Origin: Acidimicrobiia bacterium
Lineage (GTDB): Bacteria; Actinomycetota; Acidimicrobiia; Acidimicrobiales; JANYDT01
Length of the DNA stretch: 47,223 bases
Reading direction: 5' to 3'
Assembly: GCA_043775075.1 (NCBI GenBank)
Contig: JAYVSS010000019.1
Span: 1 to 47,223 of the forward strand
How positions within the stretch are numbered: the first letter of the stretch is position 1; each line of letters begins with the position of its first letter. A program made the translations under genes and the position numbers. The notes under the pieces were generated by a model. It did not search any database and was not told the DNA's origin. It saw only the letters and a list, made by a program, of their open reading frames with translations. This document shows positions 19,177 through 27,049 of the stretch, piece after piece.

Positions 19177-19221
19177 TCACCGGTCTCTCCGACGTACTGC
19201 GGGGAGAAAGGGTGACCTGGG
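19162..19221 (-). terminator. intrinsic terminator of the secreted-repeat-protein gene, embedded in the MFS remnant
   Basis: The 11-bp arms CCCAGGTCACC (19171-19181) and GGTGACCTGGG (19211-19221) pair. On the minus strand the hairpin is followed by TTTGCTTTC. Confidence 0.55.
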
Positions 19222-19310
19222 TCTGAGGAACATCGGGCTGGGTCACGTGCGTTCAAAGGTGGGGTGGGAACCGCCCGCCTCGATTGCCCCGACCCAACGG
19301 CTTGAGTTAC

Positions 19311-20006
19311 CTAGAAGCCGCCGCCGGGGCCACCGCGTCCGCCACCGTCGCGACCACCCTGTCCGCCACCGCGTCCGCCACCATGACCCATACCGCCGAA
19401 GCCACCTTCGAAACCACCCCGGCCACCCATGCCGGTCGAGGCGTCGATATTGGCTTTGGCTACGGTGGCCTCCGCAGCAGTCAGGCGACCTGCGGTTACG
19501 GCCTTGTCGACATCAGCCTTGGCCTGATCCTTCGAGGCTTTGGTGTATGTATCGACGCTGACGCCGAGTCGGCCCACGTATTCAGTCAAGCGAGCGAGCC
19601 GGGCGGCGTCGCGCTCGGCCTGGGTGGGCTCGGTTGCCGCCTCGGCGTGGGGTAGGCGCATTCCGCCCCGACCGTCGGTATCGTTGTCAATAAGCGTCTT
19701 ATATGCAGCGGCCTGGGCGGCGTTGATGGTCCCGGCGGCAAGGGCCTTGTCCACCTCGGCCTTGGCTTGAACCTTGTTGGCTTCGGTGATCTTGGCCACG
19801 GTGATGCCGAGGCGGGCGGCGAACTCAGTCTGCCGGGCGAGCTGGGCGGCGGCACGCTCGGCCTGAGTGGGGCGAGCCTTCTGGGTGGTGGCAGCGGCGG
19901 CCGCAGCCGTAGTCGAGGTCGTTTGGGCGAAGGCCGGGGCGGCGAGGCCGAGCGTAAGCACGGTACCGATGCCGAGTGCGGCGAGACGATTGCGACGTGA
20001 TGTCAT
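19311..20006 (-). CDS. secreted protein with two ~70-aa tandem repeats and a Gly/Arg-rich C-terminal tail; function unknown
   Basis: Signal peptide MTSRRNRLAALGIGTVLTLGLAAPAFA has an RR-containing, Tat-like n-region. Repeat A is aa 46-116 and repeat B is aa 127-196; both begin PTQAER and share ...QAKA-VDKA--AG. The tail is GGRGGFEGGFGGMGHGGGRGGGQGGRDGGGRGGPGGGF. RBS AAAGGAAG lies upstream. Confidence 0.75.
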   Translation of the reverse strand: MTSRRNRLAALGIGTVLTLGLAAPAFAQTTSTTAAAAAATTQKARPTQAERAAAQLARQTEFAARLGITVAKITEANKVQAKAEVDKALAAGTINAAQAAAYKTLIDNDTDGRGGMRLPHAEAATEPTQAERDAARLARLTEYVGRLGVSVDTYTKASKDQAKADVDKAVTAGRLTAAEATVAKANIDASTGMGGRGGFEGGFGGMGHGGGRGGGQGGRDGGGRGGPGGGF

Positions 20007-20049
20007 ATGAACTTCCTTTTCGGGGGAAACGAATCTCGGAGAGAGCCGA

Positions 20050-20069
20050 CGTTGGTGCGTTCACCAACG
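20050..20069. promoter_or_regulatory. 8-bp-arm palindrome in the 5' leader of the secreted repeat protein gene
   Basis: CGTTGGTG cgtt CACCAACG, 44-63 nt upstream of the ATG at 20006. Confidence 0.35.
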
Positions 20070-20223
20070 CCAACAACGATGGCGATCTCAGGTAAGGAGC
20101 TTGGCAAGGGTTCGTAAGACTCCGTTGAGACTTCAACGCTCTCATCGCCCGCTCATCTGATTGTTCGCCCGCCATCATTGAGCCATGTGGCGCGGTCGAC
20201 GGCCCAGGAGGCAGGCTGGACGG

Positions 20224-21195
20224 ATGAACACCGGCATCGACGCACCCCATTCCGACCGCATCGCTTCGCGCGTCACCGACATGCTCGGGACTCGGTATCC
20301 CATCGTGCAGGCCCCCATGGGATGGATAGCCCGGGCCCCGTTAGCCAGCGCCGTTTCCAATGCGGGCGGGCTCGGCATCATCGAGACGTCGTCGGGCGAA
20401 CTCGCCAATGTGCGCGACGAAATCGCCAAGATGGCCGACCTCACCGACCAACCGTTCGGCGTCAACATCGCCCAAGCCTTCGTGCGTGATCCGGGCATCG
20501 TGCAGTTCGTCATCGACCAGGGCGTGCGCTTTGTGACGACGAGCGCAGGTGATCCAAACAAGTACACCGGCCAACTCAAGGCGGCTGGGCTCACCGTCTT
20601 TCACGTGGTGCCGACACTGGCCGGGGCACTAAAAGCAGTCGCCGCGGGGGTCGATGGACTCGTCGTTGAGGGAGGCGAAGGCGGAGGTTTCAAGAACCCG
20701 CGCGATGTTGCGACGATGGTGCTCCTGCCGCTCGTGGCGTCGAAGGTACGTGTACCTATTATTGGCGCAGGAGGCATAATTGACGGAGCATCAATGGCCG
20801 CGGCCTTCGCGCTCGGGGCCGAGGGTGTGCAAATGGGGACGCGGATGGTTTCCGCCGCCGAGTCGCCCGTGCACGACAACTGGAAGAACGCCATTGTGAA
20901 CGCCGCAGAGACCGACACCGTCTTCCTCAACCGTCATGGCAAGCCCGGTCTGCGGGCATTGCGGACGAAGCTTTCCGAAGAACTCGAACACGTCGATCAG
21001 GTAGATCTGGGGATCATGGGACGGGCATTGGATCTCTACTTCGGCGGCGACATGGAGGCGTCGATCGCACTGACCGGCCAGGTCGCCGGACGCATTGAAT
21101 CAGTGCGCCCGGTCGCCGACATCATCGCCGAGACCGTCTCGGAATTCCGTCGGGTCACCGCCGATCTCGGCGCCCGCTTCGGGGCCGTTTCGTAA
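20224..21195 (+). CDS. nitronate monooxygenase / NMO (2-nitropropane dioxygenase-like, FMN TIM barrel)
   Basis: LGTRYPIVQAPMGWIARAPLASAVSNAGGLGII...GVDGLVVEGGEGGG...PIIGAGGIIDG...GAEGVQMGTR. ATG at 20224 is preferred over GTG at 20185. Confidence 0.85.
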   Translation: MNTGIDAPHSDRIASRVTDMLGTRYPIVQAPMGWIARAPLASAVSNAGGLGIIETSSGELANVRDEIAKMADLTDQPFGVNIAQAFVRDPGIVQFVIDQGVRFVTTSAGDPNKYTGQLKAAGLTVFHVVPTLAGALKAVAAGVDGLVVEGGEGGGFKNPRDVATMVLLPLVASKVRVPIIGAGGIIDGASMAAAFALGAEGVQMGTRMVSAAESPVHDNWKNAIVNAAETDTVFLNRHGKPGLRALRTKLSEELEHVDQVDLGIMGRALDLYFGGDMEASIALTGQVAGRIESVRPVADIIAETVSEFRRVTADLGARFGAVS

Positions 21196-21219
21196 CGCAC
21201 CAACGGTCCGTGGCGGGCC

Positions 21220-22143
21220 TCAGTGACTGGCGACGATTACCGCAGGCGCGCCGTCAGCATCGCCGTCGCCGGGGTGGCGCTGGCTCAGGATCATGGCGCC
21301 GACGACGAACGCCGCACCCACGTAGCCAAGTGGGGCCAGCCGTTCGTTCCGCCACAGATAAGACGCCGCTGCTCCGAAGACCGGCTCTAACGAGTACACC
21401 ACCACGGCGGCGGTGGCAGTCACCACTTTTTGTGCTTTGGTCTGCAGAAGCATTGTGACCGCAACGGCAACAATGGCGAGGTACACAAGCGTGAACCACG
21501 TGCCAACATCGGCATGATTGAGCGCAAGAACCGTGGCCGTTCGATCGGTGCTAAGTGCCCATATGATGCCGCAGACAGCAACAGCGCAGACTTGGACGGC
21601 GGTGAGATCGATCACACCATGTTGCGGAGCAAAGCGTTCCAACAGCAATACATAGGCGGCGTAGGCGAGAGCACAGCCGAGCACCCAGACGTCACCGACA
21701 CCGAAACGCAGTGCGCCCGCATCCCAGGACAGCAAGGCAATGCCGGTCGTGGCGAGGACGGCACTCACGGCCGCAAGTCGAGATAATCGACGGCCCAAAA
21801 AGGGCAGCGCCAACGGGACCATGATCACGTTGAGCCCGGTCACAAACGCCGCCCGGCCGGACGACACGGAACGCAACCCGATGGTTTGCGTGGCGTAGGA
21901 GGCGAACGCCACGATGCCAAGGAGCGAGCCGTGCACGAGGCGAGTGCGATCAATCCCCCGAAGCCATGGAAAAAAGACGATCGAAGCGATCACAAATCGT
22001 GCGGCCACGATGGCCTCAGGCGGGAGAGATTCGCCCAGAGTTTTCACGAACGGAAACGTCGTTCCCCAAATGGCGGTGACGACAACAAGCATCGTGACGC
22101 CACGTGATTGAGAGAGATCGCCTCCGCGCAGCCGATCGAGCAC
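21220..22143 (-). CDS. EamA/DMT family transporter
   Basis: Ten-TM-like hydrophobic profile. The N-terminal block VVVTAIWGTTFPFVK is typical of EamA. The true start may be the internal ATG at 22092. Confidence 0.8.
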   Translation of the reverse strand: MLDRLRGGDLSQSRGVTMLVVVTAIWGTTFPFVKTLGESLPPEAIVAARFVIASIVFFPWLRGIDRTRLVHGSLLGIVAFASYATQTIGLRSVSSGRAAFVTGLNVIMVPLALPFLGRRLSRLAAVSAVLATTGIALLSWDAGALRFGVGDVWVLGCALAYAAYVLLLERFAPQHGVIDLTAVQVCAVAVCGIIWALSTDRTATVLALNHADVGTWFTLVYLAIVAVAVTMLLQTKAQKVVTATAAVVVYSLEPVFGAAASYLWRNERLAPLGYVGAAFVVGAMILSQRHPGDGDADGAPAVIVASH

Positions 22144-22216
22144 CCCTCCAAGCTACGTGGGTCATCGCAACTGCCCGGCCAACTCCACTGCCCGAGCAAC
22201 GGGTCGGCCGCTCCGT

Positions 22217-22750
22217 TCAGAACAACGTTAGCAACGATGCCTTGACCGACGGTCGTACCACGGCGGCGTCTTCAAGGGTCAGAAGGAACCGCTTGGCATC
22301 CAGCCCCGCGGCAAAGCCCGTGAGCGACCCGTCCGACCCGACCACTCGATGGCACGGCACGATGATGCTGATGGGATTACGCCCGTTGGCTGCTCCGACA
22401 GCACGCGCTAACCCCACATCGCCGAGGCGTCGGGCTTGCTCTCCATAGGACAACGTTTCTCCGTAGGGGATCTCGCGCAGCGCACTCCATGCCTTCTTCT
22501 GGAACGCCGTGCCGTCTGGGTCAAGAGGAATGTCAAAACTCGTCCGCTCACGTGCGAAGTACTGCTGCAGTTGCCGGGCGACTTCCACGCTGACGTCAGT
22601 GGCACGGCGATCGGATTCAATATCCACGCTCACCCGGCCGGCACGCTCGTTCTCCCACAACAGTGCCCGGAGCCCCGTGGTCGAAACCACGATCGTCAGC
22701 TCACCTACTGGTGACGAACAGAAATCATATGCAAGCTTTTCATTTTTCAT
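22217..22750 (-). CDS. ogt: methylated-DNA--protein-cysteine methyltransferase
   Basis: Trimmed to ATG at 22750. The active site is IIVPCHRVV, preceded by AVGAANGRNPISI. The start overlaps the upstream stop as ATGA (22747-22750). Confidence 0.9.
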   Translation of the reverse strand: MKNEKLAYDFCSSPVGELTIVVSTTGLRALLWENERAGRVSVDIESDRRATDVSVEVARQLQQYFARERTSFDIPLDPDGTAFQKKAWSALREIPYGETLSYGEQARRLGDVGLARAVGAANGRNPISIIVPCHRVVGSDGSLTGFAAGLDAKRFLLTLEDAAVVRPSVKASLLTLF

Positions 22751-24255
22751 GACAGCACACTCCAGAGGTGAAAGAGGGCGGCGGATCGCCACGGGGCCCA
22801 GCGTTTTGCTCGCTCGGCCATCTCCGCCGGGGCGGAAGGAATTCCGAGCTTCTCGGCCGCATGGCGGACGCCGAGGTCCGACGGTAGAAAGGCATCTGGT
22901 TCTCGAAGCGCGCGTATCAACACGTAGTCCGCCGTCCATGGGCCAACGCCGTACACCCCAATCATTTGTTGGCGCGCCCTTGTCCGGTCGGCGCCGATGG
23001 TGAGGTCTATGGTTCCGTCGGCCAACGCCGCGCACAACCCGACAAGCGCTCGACCGCGAGATTTCGGAATCGGGATCGCCGCCGGATCAGACGATCCTAT
23101 CGACGCCGCCGAAGGAAACAAATGGGTGAGTCCGTCAATTCCGAAGTTCACCGGTTCGCCGAACATGCCGACGAGTCGCACCGCAGTACCTCGTGCCCCG
23201 GCGACCGAAACCTGCTGTCCCACGACGGCCCGGACGGCGATCTCGTGCGCATCCACCGCGCCCGGCACCCGCCGTCCCGGGTTCGCCCGAACCGTTGGTG
23301 CAAGTAGTTCATCTGCACACAGATGATCGTCGATCGTCGCAGTATCTGTATCGAGGTCGAAGAGTCGACGCAAGCGGGCTGATGCCGCCGCTAAATCGGC
23401 GATGTTGGAGAGGCGAAACGTGGCCGACACCGCGTCGTCGCTCAGGATGGCCTGAACTACGCCAGGGCCATGCGGTAACTGCAGGGTACGGTCATACGTG
23501 CGCATAGTAATGTCGACCCGCTCAACTCCGACGACGGCGCGCATCGCCAGGAACCGGAGCAAACCTTCTGCGTCGAACGGAGTGCGGGCCCGCAACCGAA
23601 TGGTAATGGGCACCGTTCCGCCGTGATCGGCCACGCTTGAATAATTCGTCCGAGCCATCTTGGCGGCGAGCGACACGTTCTCGCGCAGTTGCGTGGGGGA
23701 TGCGGCGAATACTTCACGGACGGTGTCGTGGAACTGTCGAATGCTGGAGAAGCCGGCGGCGAATGCGATCTCCGACGACGGCAGCGTCGTTGTCTCGATC
23801 AGCAGACGTGCCGTCTGCGCCCGTTGACTGCGCGCCAACTCCAATGGGCTGGCCCCAACTTCCTCTGTGAGCAGACGATTCAGATGACGCTCACTGACCG
23901 CCAGATCGCGAGCCAGTCCACCCACCCCCGAGCGATCGACCACGCCGTCCACGATGAGACGCATGGCCCGCCCCACGAGGTCGCCGCGCGCGTTCCACTC
24001 CGGCGATCCCGGCGAAGCATCGGGTCGACACCGCTTGCATGCCCGAAAACCGGCTCGCTGCGCCGATGCCGCCGTGCGGTGGAACGTCACGTTCTTGCGC
24101 TTCGGCTGAATCGGCGTCGGGCAGCTGGGGCGACAGTAGATTCCAGTGGTCTTCACGGCGATGAAGAACGTGCCGTCGAAACGGCCGTCCCGTGCGCTCA
24201 TCGCATCGAAACAGCGATCGTCATCGAGCGTTCCGGTTGTTGACGCAATGACCAT
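22747..24255 (-). CDS. bifunctional Ada-type Zn-finger/AraC regulator fused to DNA-3-methyladenine glycosylase II (AlkA)
   Basis: RFDGTFFIAVKTTGIYCRPSCP...FRACKRCRPD is the Ada zinc domain. An AraC HTH (SERHLNRLLTEEVGASP) follows, then the AlkA N-domain and an HhH-GPD C-terminus (VYGVGPWTADYVLIRAL). Start is uncertain, with ATG candidates at 24255, 24306 and 24312. Confidence 0.85.
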   Translation of the reverse strand: MVIASTTGTLDDDRCFDAMSARDGRFDGTFFIAVKTTGIYCRPSCPTPIQPKRKNVTFHRTAASAQRAGFRACKRCRPDASPGSPEWNARGDLVGRAMRLIVDGVVDRSGVGGLARDLAVSERHLNRLLTEEVGASPLELARSQRAQTARLLIETTTLPSSEIAFAAGFSSIRQFHDTVREVFAASPTQLRENVSLAAKMARTNYSSVADHGGTVPITIRLRARTPFDAEGLLRFLAMRAVVGVERVDITMRTYDRTLQLPHGPGVVQAILSDDAVSATFRLSNIADLAAASARLRRLFDLDTDTATIDDHLCADELLAPTVRANPGRRVPGAVDAHEIAVRAVVGQQVSVAGARGTAVRLVGMFGEPVNFGIDGLTHLFPSAASIGSSDPAAIPIPKSRGRALVGLCAALADGTIDLTIGADRTRARQQMIGVYGVGPWTADYVLIRALREPDAFLPSDLGVRHAAEKLGIPSAPAEMAERAKRWAPWRSAALFHLWSVLS

Positions 24256-24370
24256 GTTCGTCAGTCTGACGGACCGCAACGATCGATGTGAGCGGAAATC
24301 GGACATCTGCATCCAGCTCCGACCAAACGTTGGACGAAAGGGCAAACGGTGAACCTCTAGGGTCGGATCC

Positions 24371-25213
24371 ATGACGTTTCGTCTTGCCAATGTTGCCGGC
24401 CGCGCCGCCCTCGTGGACGGAAATGATCAGTGGCATGACCTCCACCGGCTCACCAACGGTGCGGTTTCCGCTGATCCGATGAAGGCCCTTCGTGACGGCG
24501 CCGCCCTGCATCGAGCGGCCTTGCGAATCGAGCGGGCGAATCCCGACGGAGCCCTCGCCACCGCCGATCTGCAATCCCCTGTCCCATCTCCGCGCAATTG
24601 CATCGCCATTGGCTTGAACTATCACGACCATGCCGCCGAGTCCGGCGCCACGCCGCCACCGAACCCGCTGACGTTCACCAAATTCCCGAGCTGCATTGTT
24701 GGCCCTCGGGCCAACGTCGAACTCCGGTCGGAAACGGCGGACTACGAAGTCGAGCTCGTCGTCGTTGTCGGAAGGCCCGGACGCGATATCGCCGCGGCCA
24801 AGGCGTGGGGCCACGTCCTGGGTGTCACGATCGGCCAGGACATCTCCGATCGGGTGTTGCAGTTTGCGTCGAGCCCGCCTCATTTTGACCTCGGCAAGTC
24901 TCGCGACACGTACGGTCCGCTGGGCCCCACGTTGGCGTCGGTCGATTCGTTCACCAATCCCGACGACATCGCGCTGCGCTGTTCAGTCAACGGCGAACCG
25001 CGTCAAAGTTCAACGACGGCAAACTTGATCTTCTCGGTCTCACAGCTCATCGCCTATCTCTCGTCGATCATGACGCTTGGGGTCGGCGACATCATTTTCA
25101 CCGGCACGCCGGCGGGCGTCGGCATGGCCACCAAGAACTACCTGCGGCCGGGCGATGTCATCGAGTCAACGATCGAAGGCGTGGGCAGCATGACCAACAT
25201 CTGCGTGGCGTGA
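24371..25213 (+). CDS. fumarylacetoacetate hydrolase (FAH) family protein
   Basis: AIGLNYHDHAAE...DYEVELVVVVG...GQDISDR...GDIIFTGTPAGVG are FAH-fold motifs. Confidence 0.85.
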   Translation: MTFRLANVAGRAALVDGNDQWHDLHRLTNGAVSADPMKALRDGAALHRAALRIERANPDGALATADLQSPVPSPRNCIAIGLNYHDHAAESGATPPPNPLTFTKFPSCIVGPRANVELRSETADYEVELVVVVGRPGRDIAAAKAWGHVLGVTIGQDISDRVLQFASSPPHFDLGKSRDTYGPLGPTLASVDSFTNPDDIALRCSVNGEPRQSSTTANLIFSVSQLIAYLSSIMTLGVGDIIFTGTPAGVGMATKNYLRPGDVIESTIEGVGSMTNICVA

Positions 25214-25289
25214 ATCGAGCACTGGCTCATCTACCTGCTGGTCGTGAGTCGGTCGGACTGTCACAGGGGGTCTCGTAACCTGTTTGCTC

Positions 25290-26282
25290 ATGGACACCCC
25301 GAACCTCGACACCCTGAAACACATAGTTGACCGACTGAAGGCCAATGACATCGCCTGGTTCAAGGATCGCTACAAGGCGGGTGACTTCGCGTGGCTCAAG
25401 GATCGTCTTCCTGAGGGCGGGTACACCAAACTGGGCGAGAAGATCGAGGCGGGAGATTTGGCCTATGTGCGGACGATCTTCGGCGGCCTCGATGTTCCGG
25501 GATTCGCCAACCTGAGCGGGGCGAAGGCTGCGGTTGCTGGTGCCGCAGTGGCCGCAGGGGCAGCGTTGAAAGGCGCCGGGCCGACCGGCGCCGCGGTGTC
25601 CAAGTCCGCTCACGGTGTAGTTATCAACGACGACAGGCGCAAGAAGGGCGCCGTGTGGTTGCTTCCCGTAGCTCTGGCGGCCGCCCTACTCCTCGGTTTC
25701 GGCCTCAGCCGCCTCGGCAAGGACAAGACCGAGGTTGTCGTCGCCGACACCACCGCCGTGAGCGAAGCGTCGGTGGCCCCGATCACCGACGCCGCGCCCA
25801 CCAACACGGCGACCGCCGAGACTGCCGCAGTTGCTCCGGCGGCCACCAAGGACATTCTCGACACCGCGGCGGGCGCCGGATCGTTCAACACTCTCGGCGC
25901 GGCCATTAACGCGGCCGGTCTGACTGAGACGCTGAAAGGCGCCGGACCGTTCACCGTGTTCGCCCCGACCGACGACGCCTTCAAGGCTCTTCCGGCTGGC
26001 GTACTCGATGCACTCCTCAAGCCGGAAAATAAGGGGACCCTGGCCAAGATCCTCTCCTACCACGTCGTCCCCGGAAAGGTCATGGCCGCCGACATCAAGC
26101 CGGGAGACGTGGCCACCGTCGAGTCGTCCACCATCAAGCTCGCGGTCACCGGCGGCAAAGTCACCGTCAACGATGCCAACGTCACGTCGGCGGACATCGC
26201 GGCCACCAACGGTGTGATCCACGTCATCGACAAGGTCCTGGTGCCGTCATCGATAGACCTCACCAAACTCATCGCAGCGTAG
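25290..26282 (+). CDS. membrane-anchored fasciclin (FAS1) domain protein
   Basis: N-terminal cytoplasmic region with three 12-aa repeats, a TM helix ([19 protein letters not shown]), an Ala/Thr linker, then FAS1: [13 protein letters not shown]...[10 protein letters not shown]...[16 protein letters not shown] at 25290, with TTG at 25284 two codons upstream. Confidence 0.85.
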   Translation: MDTPNLDTLKHIVDRLKANDIAWFKDRYKAGDFAWLKDRLPEGGYTKLGEKIEAGDLAYVRTIFGGLDVPGFANLSGAKAAVAGAAVAAGAALKGAGPTGAAVSKSAHGVVINDDRRKKGAVWLLPVALAAALLLGFGLSRLGKDKTEVVVADTTAVSEASVAPITDAAPTNTATAETAAVAPAATKDILDTAAGAGSFNTLGAAINAAGLTETLKGAGPFTVFAPTDDAFKALPAGVLDALLKPENKGTLAKILSYHVVPGKVMAADIKPGDVATVESSTIKLAVTGGKVTVNDANVTSADIAATNGVIHVIDKVLVPSSIDLTKLIAA

Positions 26283-26706
26283 ACCGCCACCACCACCACC
26301 CCCGCCACCACCACCGCCGCCGCTGCTCCGACCACCACCGTCGACCTCACCCACCACCAACAAGGCCGGCGACGCCAACGCCGAGGACCTCACCGTCTAT
26401 TTCGACAGCGGATCGGCTCGTATCAACGCCGCCGGCGCCATCAAAGTGGCCAATGCCGTGAAGGCCCTTTCTACCGCTTCGGCCGGCACCAAGGTCGCCC
26501 TTGTTGGCCGGGCGGACAAGACCGGCAATGCCGCGGCCAACCTGGCACTGTCGAAGAGCCGGGCCGAAGCTGTGCTCGCCGCGGTGAGGGTCGGGCTGGC
26601 CGACAAGGCCACCAACGTAACGTTCACGTCCGATGCCAAAGGCGATGCCGAGCAGCTCAGCGACCTGGCCTTCGCCCGCCGAGTGACCATCGAAATCGCC
26701 AAGTAG
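26257..26706 (+). pseudogene. OmpA_C-like (peptidoglycan-binding) domain ORF with poly-Pro linker and no usable start codon
   Basis: The open frame from 26257 reads [58 protein letters not shown]...VALVGRADKTGNAAANLALSKSRAEAV...RRVTIEIAK. The first ATG/GTG/TTG in frame is GTG at 26446, which is already inside the domain (a CTG lies earlier, near 26323). The frame is +1 relative to the fasciclin gene, which stops (TAG) at 26280-26282. Confidence 0.5.
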
Positions 26707-26814
26707 CGGCCGAGCGCCCGCTGGCGCCCGCTCGCACTCAATGGCACCTCGGGTGTCCCAGGCACCTTGAGCGTCCTGCCTCACCAAACAAAGTACTGAC
26801 CAAACAAACCGGTC

Positions 26815-26837
26815 CGGGCCCACGCTCGGGCCGTTTT
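26815..26837 (+). terminator. short GC hairpin plus TTTT downstream of the OmpA-like ORF
   Basis: GGCCC (26817-26821), 6-nt loop, GGGCC (26828-26832), then GTTTT. The stem is weak. Confidence 0.35.
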
Positions 26838-26990
26838 GCTTTCCGTTTACCGAATTTCACCGGTGGACGGGTCATTGACGCACGAGTCAAAACGCAACGC
26901 ACGACGCCCTCGACAAGTCATTTCGCACCTGGAGGGTCACGTGAATACGGTTCCATTCGAATTTCCCTAAACGGTCAAGTGAGGTCCCAA

Positions 26991-27038
26991 ATGTTCCGTA
27001 TGTTTCCTCGGCTCCGCATGGTGCGGAACGTTTCGTAG
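26991..27038 (+). promoter_or_regulatory. candidate 15-codon upstream ORF (MFRMFPRLRMVRNVS) in the leader of the decarboxylase gene
   Basis: ATG at 26991 has GAGG 6 nt upstream. The stop TAG (27036-27038) overlaps the AGGAGG (27037-27042) that serves the TTG start at 27050. The leader has lower GC than its surroundings. Confidence 0.35.
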
Positions 27039-27049
27039 GAGGTCCTTCA

